From Mobula birostris (Eukaryota), in the NCBI RefSeq assembly GCF_030028105.1, contig NC_092379.1:23863821-23927820 (forward strand): a DNA stretch of 64,000 nucleotides, given 5' to 3'. Positions 52,791 through 64,000 of the stretch are shown piece by piece. Each line of letters starts with the position of its first letter. Within the stretch, counting starts at the first letter, position 1. Made by a program: the position numbers and the translations under genes. The notes below the pieces were generated by a model. The model had not been told where the DNA came from. It was given only the letters and a program-made list of their open reading frames with translations, and did not search any database.

Positions 52791-55328
52791 GATAGACATG
52801 ATGTTTCGGTGTTATAAAAGTCAATGAAAACCAAGTTGGTTTCATCAAAATAAATTCTGTAAAATAAAAATGGAAACAGTCTAGTTGCAACAAATCAGAC
52901 TTACAGATTTTGGTGAGAGGGCATTGATGTGAGCCAGTAACTCTGTTTCTCAAACCACATATATTACCTGAGCTACTCAGAGTTGGCAGTGCAGTAGGCA
53001 GAATAACGCCAGTCGGGCAGAATTGCAGCCGAAGACATCATACATCCCGGGAACAATAGGCTGTAACTACACTTGTGTCTGGATCAGTGTTCCTCTAGTA
53101 CTTTACAAAAGCACCGATCAAATTGAGAGCAGGGGGCTGGGCTGAAGTGGGGAGCTGGAGGTGTGTGTGTCAGCTTCGAAGAAACTTGCAAGAAATAGCA
53201 TTCGGGTATTTGTACAAAATAATCGAGGGTGAATCACCAGATCGGATGAGATTCTGTCTGATTGTTTTCTGCATTGTATTAATTTGATAGAACTTAACAT
53301 ATGGGCAATTTTAGTTATTCATCTTTTGAGCTGTGTGCGGTGCTGGGAAAGTCAGAATGAATTACGCATCTGGGTCGCCATTTGGAGAGCGTTTGGAGGC
53401 AATCACGTTGATGGGTCAGGGGTCATAAAGAGGCTCGGAGGCTAAGGATGACAGATCACTTTCCTGAAGGACATCACTAATTATGAAAATAAATTTTTAC
53501 TAATGGCGATATTGGAAAAAAAAATACTTATTGGAAATCTGACTGCAGATCCAAATCTGTTGCGGATTATTATGGCCTGAGTTTTAATTTGAAAGGTTTG
53601 TTGTGTTTGTATCCGTGAACTGTTCTTCCGTTGCCCTGCGCTACTCATCTGATTTCATGTGCTGCCCTATTCGTCATCGCTTTGGATCTAACCTTCTGCC
53701 TGCGCATTAGATCACTCTATAAATGGTGCCCTGGACAATATTTTCCCTTTGTTAACATCATAAGAATACGCTGTCTGATCGTTATGACCTTAATGTTTAT
53801 GGATTCTGTTGTGCGCAGAATGGCTCCATATTCCCTTCTCTGTAACAGGGCCGTATTTTGCAACTGAGTCATTGCCCGTGAACTGCACGGGACACAATGA
53901 AAGTTGCTCTGTAAATGTCAGGACTGTACGTCACAGCCTCTTCGACCGAATCACCAGTAAAACTGGCTTATGTGGAAAGTATTTGTTAAACAAACGCAGT
54001 CACGATCGAAGACGGCAAGAAATTGGAGCAGTTGCTCCGTCAGTGAACTGAGAGTAAACAGTTCCTTCTAACAGCAAAATTAAAATTATGTCCCGTTAGT
54101 GTGTGATGGGACACTTCAGGGAAGGTTTGCCCTCTTATCCTCAAGGATCTCGTGCTCTGCACAGGGTTACGAACCCTGACCGTTCAAAAAATTACTCTGA
54201 AAATAACAATAAAAATCAAAATCTGTGTCTGACGGTATTCCTGATCCTCAGGTTTACACTCTAATGTACCGTGCAGATGGATCTTTCTGTTAATCCGTAG
54301 CTGCCAGGAGAGGACATGGGAGCTGTAATCTGCACTTAACTCATACTCTGTGTACTCTGAGATGCTTGTTGGAATCTCTTTGAGGAAGAATTCTCCAGAT
54401 TAACCAGCTGAATGGTGATTCCATTGAATGACAGAGCAGAGAGTGACGTCATTGATCAGATAATGTCTGGGCTCATTTTCCCGGTATATTGGCTGAGCAA
54501 ACCCAATAAACCCATTGGCTCTCTGCTCTTCCCTGTATCCTTACGAATGGCAAATCTTGTCCTGTTCCACCTCTACACTCACTATTGGATATCACGATTA
54601 TTCAGGTTGTGTGTTCCAGATCACTAACGTTCATCCAAAACGTTCACCTAATTGGTTGCTCCCCACACCATCTATACTACTCCTAATCCTCATTCGCCAA
54701 TGCAAGGATGCCTGCAAGTTAGGAAGACATTGTGCCATCAATTCCTTGCCATAGTATTTCTACACCACTTACCTACTGCCTTCCCAACTCCAAAGTTCTG
54801 CCTCTCCGTACACCATCTCCTCTTCCATCAGGGAATAAATCTAAAAAAATTAAAGCCATCAGTTAATAGTGAGATGTCGCCTATACCTTAGCTGCATGCT
54901 GGAACAGACCTCACGCTGAACATTACTTAATTGGTCTGACCCACACCTCTTACCTAGAGATATTGGAAGCAGTATAATAGAGCTGAGCATGGGCCAGCAT
55001 GTAGAAGTAGGTCCAGGAACGTGATGACTGTAACCTGAACGTATGGAAGGACAAGCCATTGACTGGGGACGAATGCAGGCAGAGCATAAAGCCAGGTCAA
55101 CAAGCTCCATGACAGCTTCTTTCACCAAGCCATCAGACTGCTTAATTCATGCTGACACAACTGTATTTCCATGTTATATTGATTACTATGTTGTTCATAA
55201 CATTTAGTATAAATGACTATAATTGCACATTGCACATTTGAACGGAGACGTAACGAAAATATTTTTACTCATCGTGTGAATGAAGGATGTAAGTAATAAC
55301 TTCAATTCAATTTAATCCAAATCAGTTC

Positions 55329-55408
55329 AATTTACTGCCAGCGAGGTCCTTCCTAATAGGCGAAATGCCCACACTTCTCCGTCTCTCCATTCACCCAATG
55401 CAGTAACT
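55329..55408 (-). pseudogene. JH relic with 23-bp RSS, unit VI
   Basis: Same relic as units I and V. CACACTT, 23 bp, GCAGTAACT. Confidence 0.72.
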
Positions 55409-55717
55409 TCACAACCGTCACATCCACTTATCTCAGAAAAGTGTCAACATGATCCCAGACCGGCAGCAACCACTTCCTGGATTTCTCTCCGAAATTTGAA
55501 CTTGGCTTTTCCTGGCCTCTGAATAAAAGAGGCATTTTCAGAGTTTTCCTGTGTGCAGACACGAGAATCAAAGTCGAAGCCAGCTGGGCATTTACTTGCC
55601 CAAAAATAAACATTTGCCATTGCAGTCTCAGTCAGCCTTCCGGGATTTGACTCTGGGAGGCAGAAATGCGGATTTCGTGGAGACATGCTCCTATGCAGAC
55701 GCTCATTTCTCGAGATC

Positions 55718-55781
55718 AGTTTCTGTTTAGCTTCCCATCACCGTGGTGGATATCACAGTGCTTCACTGCAGGTCACAATCC
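55718..55781 (-). other. D segment (ATATCCAC) with 12/12 RSS, unit VI
   Basis: Heptamers CACAGTG and CACGGTG, 12-bp spacers. Confidence 0.87.
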
Positions 55782-56520
55782 GACTTCATCATATCCAACC
55801 CAAATCCAATGGATCGCAGAGCCGGCCAACCGATCTAGTAAACCCTCCATCTGGATACGGGCGTCCCATACAGCAGGTCTCAATCTCGGCCATCTCGGTC
55901 CTGAAGTGGATATGATATAACCCACCGGGACCTTTCTCTGGACTTCAACTGACAGCTCCTCCTCTGTAGTTCCGTTCGCATTGAGTCTCATTTCTAGTTG
56001 AACTTGTACCCATTTCTAGATTATGCACTCCCTCTCCGATATGTATCTATGATCAGGGTAAAGACCGGAGAATCGAACGAAGAGCCTAGTGAAAAGTGTT
56101 CTGTTGCCGCCAGATCTCACATTGAGGCACAACATGAAATAGCCGATAACCTCCGACCCTATCACTATCCCTCAGCAGTTCACTCGTCAGTCAAATCGCG
56201 CCAATACACCAATATTGCTCTTGTCATTAATGCTCTGTATACCCCCACCATTTATTGTAACATGTAGAAGAAAGACAGGCACCTGACAAGGTGGACCAGT
56301 GAACCCATTCCTACAAATGGCGCTTGGCTCCGAGATGCCGTCTGAAGTGATCCGCTGAGACCCTCGGCCCATCCATCCAGCATCTCTTCCGTGAAATCAC
56401 CGCTGAGAACCCGCTTTCCATTGTGTGGACGAGCGGATGTGGCCCTTAACGACCGGGATACAGCTGTGGCGATCACTACTGACCTTTCCCTCTGCGCCCT
56501 ACAGGTCGGCGATTTCACTG

Positions 56521-56559
56521 GGTTTTTGTCTCAGTCTACTCCCGGTCTCTCTCACTGTG
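56521..56559 (-). promoter_or_regulatory. V RSS, unit VI (CACAGTG, 23-bp spacer, ACAAAAACC)
   Basis: Counted directly from the sequence. Confidence 0.94.
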
Positions 56560-57044
56560 TCTCTCGCACAGTAATAGGTGGCTGTGTCGTCCAGTATCAG
56601 GTTGTTTATTTGCACATAAACGGTGCTGCTGTCCTTGGAAACCTCGAATCTGCCTTCAACTCCAGGAGCGTAATTTTTGCTACCGCCAGCCCATACAACG
56701 GCCACCCATTCCGGCACTTTCCCTGAGACCTGTTTCACCCAGTGCATGTGATAGCTGCTGAGGCTGAACCCACTGACTGCACAGGTCAATCTGTGGGATT
56801 GTCCGGCTTTTACCATCTCTGACTCGGGCTGTTCTAGCCTGATATCGGACTGCGCGCCTGTCAACAAAAGAAGAGAAGAAATTGATAAAAATGTTCCACG
56901 AGCAGAGATTCACAAAGCCTACGAGAAACAGTATGTCTTAGGTAGATAATCAATTCTGGGACAGACACCTGGAAGGGAAAGCAGGAGGAGACAGAAGTAA
57001 GGAATGCCCCTGCACTTGCTGAGCACTGAATCCGACATCGACAT
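56560..57044 (-). CDS. IGHV: Ig heavy-chain V gene, unit VI (leader 57044-56969, V exon 56857-56560)
   Basis: [96 protein letters not shown]; open leader. Confidence 0.95.
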
Positions 57045-58146
57045 TTTTGAGATTAGCGGCTTTATTGGAGACCGCATTTATCGCTTGCTGCCGAGAGCGC
57101 TGTTCAAATAGAGAGGTAAACCGCCAGTAAGAGGAGGAACCGCGGTTTGTAAAGACTCCCACACAATGAAACCAGAGACACAGATTTCTGTCCCCGCCTC
57201 CAGCAGATATTTCAATTTTCCAAAATATATTTGACTCTGCACAGGAGGCAGATCAGCGGCAGTGACCAGATCCGGATTATTGATCTGGCACACTCATCAT
57301 TTTCGGCGATAAACAGTTTGTGTAAAGTGAAAGGCAGAGGACCTCAGCGAGAACGAATGAGAAACACAAGTCAGCGGATAGGTTTCCTCCTGAGGCACAG
57401 AGTTGAGAGACACCAGCCACTGGACAAACATCACTCTGTCAGACAGGAAGTATCAGACACCAGTCAGTGTGCAGAGATTCCCCTGAGAGACAGGAACTGA
57501 GAGATTCCAGTCAATGGACTGGTGCCTCGCTAGATACAGCGACTAACAGACTAGTCAGTGGACAGATAACCTCTGAGAGACGAAATCTGAGAGACACCAG
57601 TTAATGGATAGATACCGCTGTGAATGACAGGGACTGAGCACACAAGTCAATGGGTAGATGTCCTCCTTTGGGACACCGATCGAGAGACACTAGGCTGTGT
57701 AAGGAAATGTAATAAACAAAAAGCTCATGTTGCGTATGCGATTATCCACTTGTCGTCATGTTAAGACCAATGTTGGCAAGCACGCGTAGGATCACGGAAG
57801 GATGACATCGGCAGCTCATATGTACAGAGGGTGATTTAGAATTTAGAGTTTGGGACATTGACCATGAATGTATGTGAGGCCAAGGTATTAACTGCATGGC
57901 TGAGTGTTTCCGTAGGTTGCAGGAATGGAGACTCGATTTCACCCGTTGCCTGGGATGGAGGGTTTTAACTACATGGAGCGGTTGAATAAGCTGGATTTAT
58001 CTTCGCTGGAAGGCTAAGTCTAACTTTGGTGAAGTTTATAGAATTGTGAGCAGTACAGATGCAGCGCGAGGCTGTTTCTCAGTGCACAAGAGGTTACAAA
58101 CAGATGGCATAAGTTTATGATGAGAGGGCCGGAAAGCCAAGGATAT

Positions 58147-59040
58147 GGGCGCGGGAAGGTCCTCATTGTTGGTGACTGGGTGAACCCACTTGATGTTCAG
58201 GATGCGTATCAGGCTGCGAAGATGGAAGGAGTTGAGATGTCACTCTTGGATGGAGTGGAGGCTCCAGGTCCCGCTGCCCTAAGGCAGTGTGCAGAGGACG
58301 CAGGCCCCGAGGACTGCAACCTTGGTGTGCGTCGTCAGCTTTCTGTTCTCCCACACTCTCTTTGTCAGCCTGGCGAATGTTCAGGCTGCTCGTCCGATCG
58401 TCTGTTGATCTCAAGGTCTAGGGAGAGGCTGTCCGTGATGGTGGATCCAAGGTATGTAAACTTATGAACTACCTCCAGCTTGCAGTTGTTGATAGTAACG
58501 GCAAGAGGTACCAGCAATGAGGACCTGGCCCTCGCCCAGATACCCAGCCTCTGCACCCTGTTCCAACAACACGGTCTCCGCTGGCTAGGCGACGTACACC
58601 GCACGTCAGATGGGAGGATCCCGAAAGACATGCTGTACGGGGAACTGGCCTCCGGCAAGAGAGTACGAGTGGGGCCCCATCTGCGTTTCAAAGGTGTCTG
58701 CAAGAGAGACATGAAGTCACTGAACATGAACGTCAAGAGGTGGGAGGACATCACAAGCGATTGCTCTCGCTGGTGGTTGGAACTACGCGGAGGTCTAAAA
58801 AGAGGAGAAGAGAAACTGAGGCTTGCTGCTGAGAAAAGCGCACTCGTCGGAAAAACAACACCAAGCAACACTGGAGGACAGCGCCTTCAAGTGCAGTCGC
58901 TGCAGCCGAGACTGTCACTCCCGTATGGGCCTCTATAACCACAACAGACACTGCTCTACCAACACAGACTGAAGCAAGACTTTCCAGGCGCAGCTCCATG
59001 GTCTCGCGAGACTAACGGATGTCACCACCACCACCACCAC
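58147..59040. mobile_element. RTE-clade LINE with 5' inversion (58147-58509 minus, 58510-59040 plus, (CAC)n tail)
   Basis: The minus part encodes KFTYLGSTIT through VTNNEDL. The plus part starts at TSNEDL...LRWLG...RIPKDMLYGEL. Confidence 0.85.
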
Positions 59041-59087
59041 TCGAGAGGATTCCTTGAGATAGGAATTATAAGTATTTAGGAAATTTA

Positions 59088-59301
59088 GGCCGGCTGGTGA
59101 TGTTGTGGCATCAGCACTGGAGATCAAGGCAGATGTTCCTGAGTTCAAACCCAGCCGGGTCCCACCCTGGGCAGCAGTGGTATCTGCGCGGAAGGAAGGC
59201 CTGTCAACCTACTTCCGTACTTTGCCATGAAAACCCTATGGATCCTATGGTCCATGAGGTCACGAAGAGTTGGAGTCGACTTAACGACTGAACAACAACA
59301 A
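59088..59301 (+). mobile_element. tRNA-derived SINE with RTE/BovB-type 3' tail
   Basis: A-box-like TGGTGATGTTGTGG and B-box GAGTTCAAACC. The 3' end is GTCACGAAGAGTTGGAGTCGACTTAACGACTGAACAACAAC. Confidence 0.7.
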
Positions 59302-59304
59302 AAT

Positions 59305-61098
59305 AAATTGTGGCCTAAATAGTGAGAGTCAGCATGGCTTTGTGTTGGGCTACTCATGTCTTCCTAACTTGACTGTGGTTTTTGAGGAAGTGATGAAGGT
59401 GATCGAAGTAGGTAAAGCAGCGAATGTTGTCTACACAGGTTTTAGTAAGGCATTTGACAAGGTGCCTCATGGTAGACTCATCCAGAAGATTAAGATGCAT
59501 GGGACACTGTGAATTGGCTGTGTAGATTCAGAATTGACTTGCCAATAGAAGGAACAGTAGTGGTCAAATTTACATCTGTTCTCCCAAAATGCAACACCTC
59601 ACATTTGGCCGGATGAAACGACATCTGCCATTTCTCTATTCATACCTGTAACTGATCTTTATCCCGCAGGAAATTGTGACCAGCTGGTTGAGCACCATGG
59701 TCAGCATGGACTGGTTGAACCGCAGGGTATTTATCTGTGCTGTATTGCTCTAGGACTCGATTAAGCTTGATAAAGATCTGGAAACAGACAGCACGTGGCT
59801 TAAGGAATGGGTAGAATATAGGCAATTTCTTAGACGACAGTGACTGTTCTAAAATCGTAGAGTATTTTTTGGGCAAGAAGGAGATCATGTTGGGTCTCTT
59901 GCAGAATATTAAGGTGCCTGGGACCTCTTGGGATCTACCCTAGGTTATTAAGAGAAGCAAGAGATGTGAATGCTAGGGCTTTGACGAAAATCTCAGTGTC
60001 CTCGCTCGCCACAGGTACAGTTCTGGAGAACTGATGAATAGCAAATGTTATGTCATTGCTTATGAAAGGAAATAGGGATAAACTGGGAAATTATAGGCCA
60101 GTGAACTTCACATCATTGATAGGGAAGCTACTGGAGAGGATTCCTTGGGATAAGATTTATGTGTATTTGGAAGAACATGCACTAATAGGCACAGACAGCA
60201 TGGGTTTGTGTGGGGTAGGTCATATTTTTACAACTGGGTTTTTCTGAGGAGGTATAAAGGTGATTGCTGAAGGCAGAGACGCTGGTGCTGTCAACAGAGC
60301 ATATATAAAACAGCATAGAGCAGAGGTACCAGACCATATCCTTGGTTAGTTAGCAAGTTTGCAGGCAACACAAAAATTGGAGAAGTTACAGACAGCGCGG
60401 AAGATCGTCAAGGGATACAGCGGGATATACATCAGTTAAGGATGGAGAAGTGGCAGATGGAATTTAATTCAGGCAAGTGTGAGGAGTTCAAACGTAAAGG
60501 GAAATTATACAGTTAATGGCAAGACATTTAGCAGCTGTGATGAATACAGGGATCTTCAGGACCAAGTGCACAGGCCCCTAAATGTGGCAAAAAAGTAGAG
60601 AGTGTGATAAAGAAGGCATGTGGCATGTTCGCAACTAGCAGCATAAAGTAAAAGAATCAGTAAGAGTCAGTTAGTACAGAGAAAGGTTGAACAAGTTGGG
60701 TCTTTATTCTTTGGAGCGTAGAAGGTTGGGGGGGACTTGATAGAGGTATTTAGAATTGTGAGGGAGATAGAGTTGACGTGGATAGGCTTTTTCCATTGAG
60801 TGTTGGGGAGACTCAAACAAGAGGACATGAGAGTTAAAGGACCAAGTTTTAAGGGTAACATGTGGGGGAACTTCTTTACTCAGAGAGTGGTAGCTGTGTG
60901 GAACGAGCTTCCAGCAGAAGTGGTTGAGGCAGGTTCGATGTTGTGATTTAAAGTGAAATTGTATAGTTATATGGACATGAAAGGAATAGAGGGTTGTGGG
61001 CTGAGTGCAGGTCGGTGGGACTAGGCGAGAGTAGGAGTTCGGCACGGACTAGAAGGGCTGAGATGGCCTTTTTTCCGTGCTGTAAGTGTTATATGGTT
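59305..61098. mobile_element. Cluster of CR1 fragments (old and young)
   Basis: QHGFV, FSKAFDKVPH, NYRPVNFTS and a young 3' end (GDLIEVFRIV...FFTQRVV) at 60668-61098. Confidence 0.8.
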
Positions 61099-64000
61099 AA
61101 TATCTTAGCGATGTTATCCAATACACGGGGCTATGGTTGTTTCCAAAGACTTTCCAGGTAAGGTGGGGCAGCTGATACAATACGTTGTTTTAAAGACAGC
61201 TGTGAAGGTGAATGGATAGGAAATGCAGAAATGTGATGGTTGCATACCTACAACTGGAATGATGGTATATAAGCATCTCGGGAGGCCGAAAAATGAATTT
61301 GCTGTGCTGCAAGATATTCTGATTCTCTTCCACTGCATCATGTACACGCTGAAATATTTCAACCTCTGGTATTATGTTACTTTCCCCTCTCTCAGTACTT
61401 TTAAGGTGGTGATAATGGTGGTAATTCTGGCCTACCGGGAAAAGCTTCCTTCTCTGTATTTGGGCTTCGGTAAATTATGTTATTTAAGTTAATTTGTTCG
61501 TGTATTTACTCTCCAACTATTATTCGACGATCACTTTATACGGCCTATTTCTACGGTGGACCGTGTTTATCCGTTCCCCGCCCAACCATTTGCTCCCCAA
61601 TGCTTCTTCTTTCTGGTTCCAAATTCTGACGGACGCTCTTTGAACTGAAACATTAACTCACGTTTCTCCCTTGAAGTGGAGATGATGTGACTAATTGAGC
61701 ATTTCCAGATTTATTTGTGAAATCCCAACGTCTGATTTTTTTTTTTGCAAATTTGTTATGACAAAAAATGTGTTTCCGGGGTGGGTAATGACTCAAACAT
61801 TAAATTCCACAGACAGACCCTCCTGAGATTAATAACCTAAGATTGCAGCACATTGGGTGCAGCACAGTTCATGGAATATAGAACTATATATGTAATGCCT
61901 GTTTAGCTACCCCCCGTCTGTGGCATTCATGATACTCTTTTTAAGCAGCATATCCACCTACTCCCTGCATGATCGATTTTTTTTTAAACTTCTCGTGTAT
62001 CATCTTTGGTATCCTCTCTTTCATTTTAAATCAATGTGTCCGACGATTTCACCGTTCCACCTTGGCATAAAGACACTGATTATCTTCCCTATCATGCTCT
62101 TATATTACGTACTTCACCAGTTTCTCGACGTGTTTTAATGTTCGATATACTGCAATGCTTGTTTGTCTAAACTTACATATATACCATACAAGCCAATCAG
62201 GACAGCATACAAGAGACCAACTTATGCGCCATATCCAAAACATCACATCCTTCCTAAAATGTGACGACAACGACTGCTCGCATTATTAAAAATGCGGCCG
62301 AGCAAAAATTTAAATAGCGACAGTTTTATTTGCTGATATTTATGCTTATTGACACGAATGATAACGAGATATATATTGTTTCTTCATTTAGCACACTCCT
62401 TCCAGAGGCGCCAAGCCATGTAGGGTTTGGAGGCTTGTGTGTCACAATGATCCTGAAGGCCTTGTGCTCTGCCGCTTCGTAGGATCACTTATGCCAAGCC
62501 GAGTAGTCCGTAGACGCTGCGCTAAGAGCGATAGACCGGTCCTCTAGGTCCACGGGCTGGGTTTCAGCTCAAGGCCGACAGCCGCGACAAGTGAAAAAAA
62601 GGATGAAGTGTACCTTATGTGAGGTAACACACTGAAGAATCACTTAGCAATGTAATCCGCCTCCGAAATATCTGCTGAAGTTCCATGTGCTTTCAGTCTT
62701 TGCATTTTTTTTTTTAAATTTCTGGTTTATCCTCTTTAGTATCCTCTCTTTCATCTTAAATCAATATGGCCGACGATTTCATGGATCCACCTTGGCATTA
62801 AAAATATTATGTATTTTCACCAGCTCGGCTGACAGGCTTTAGTGCTCAAGATAATGCAATCCCATTTAGTCTAAAATCCCCTCATATATCATACAAGCTA
62901 ATACAGAAAACATACAGTTGATCCACTTCTGTGCCACACCCAGAACCTCCCATCCTTCTGAAAATGTTCCGATGAAAACTGTTTGCAATACTCAAAATGC
63001 GGTCGAGCCAAAATTCTATATAGCTGCAAAATTACTTGCAAATATTTATATTCAATGACACGAGCTAAAACAGGGTGCATGTTGCAGGCTTCATTTAACA
63101 CACTCCTCCTAGACGTTTGGAGGCTTGCGTGCCTCAGTGACCCTGAGGGCCTTGTGCTCTGGTGCGTGGTAGGTTCACTCATACCATACAGATCAAATTA
63201 TAGAGGCTGCGCTAAGAGCGATACACCTGTCCTCTTGGTCCGGGTGCGGGGGGTGTAGCTCCAGGCCAACAGCCCTGACAAGCGAAAAAATAGACGAAAG
63301 TGAATCCCATATGAAGTGACACAATGCGGAAGCAATTGCTGATTTGGCGAAGGCCCTGGGATATTTTGGGGTTGAAGAAGTCAATGAAAAACAAATTGGT
63401 TGAATCGGAATAAATTCTGTAAAATAATAAAATTGGAGGAAGAGCGTAGTTGCCACGAATCAATCTGACAGAATTTGGTGAAAGGTCATTCATGTCAAAT
63501 AGTAACTCTGTTTCTCCGACCACATTTGTTCCCTGAGTTGCTCAGTGTTGGCAGTGGAGGCAGAATAACGCCTGTCGGGCAGATTAGTAGCGGAAGACCT
63601 CACACATCCCAGGACCAACAGGTAGTGAGTACGTGTTGTCTGAATCTGTGCTCCTTGTTTACTTTACAAAAACACCGGTCAAACTGACAGCAGGGAGCTG
63701 GGTTGAAGGGGGGAGTTGGAGATGCATGTGTCAGCTCAGAAGAAACTTGCAAAGAAATAACGTTTGGGTATTTGTACAAAATAATCTAGGGTGAATCAAC
63801 AGATCGGGTAAGTTTCGGTCCGATTTTTGTCTGTGTTGTATTGATTTTATAGAGTGGGTAACTTGAACAACAGGCGGGCAATTTTAGTTATTCATCATCT
63901 GGACTCCGGGCTTTACTAATAAAGTCAGAATGAATTATACATCTAGGTCGTCATTCAGAGAGCCTTTTGATGCAAACAAAATGATAAGCCAGCAGTCATA

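Overview
Vertebrate genomic DNA from a cartilaginous fish (inferred from cluster architecture and repeat content; probably a ray or skate). The window is a tandem array of immunoglobulin heavy-chain V-(D)-D-J minicluster derivatives, all on the minus strand. It holds four intact VH genes (leader exon, V exon, canonical 22/23-bp RSS) at about 8.4-8.9, 33.9-34.4, 46.1-46.6 and 56.6-57.0 kb. A fifth V survives only as its last codons plus an intact RSS (16.6 kb), and another V probably lies just left of the window. Six 8-bp D segments flanked by 12/12 RSS and six J relics are present. No J is functional: five share a frameshifted WGxG motif and a LINE tail at the splice-donor position, and the sixth is cut by an LTR element. 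I found no intact constant-region exon, only a weak candidate relic. The units fall into two alternating subfamilies forming a higher-order duplication. They are interrupted by a near full-length PNMA-gag Gypsy element, an ERV env plus LTR fragment inside a V-D interval, a non-autonomous LTR element, CR1, RTE and Rex1/Babar LINE pieces, a tRNA-derived SINE, and a Penelope-type insertion carrying a minimal hammerhead ribozyme. Main hypothesis: intact, CDR-diversified VH genes were amplified on already dead D-J(-C) scaffolds and act as V donors to a D-J-C elsewhere (translocon-like IgH or Ig-TCRdelta). All coordinates were counted by hand and no searches were run.
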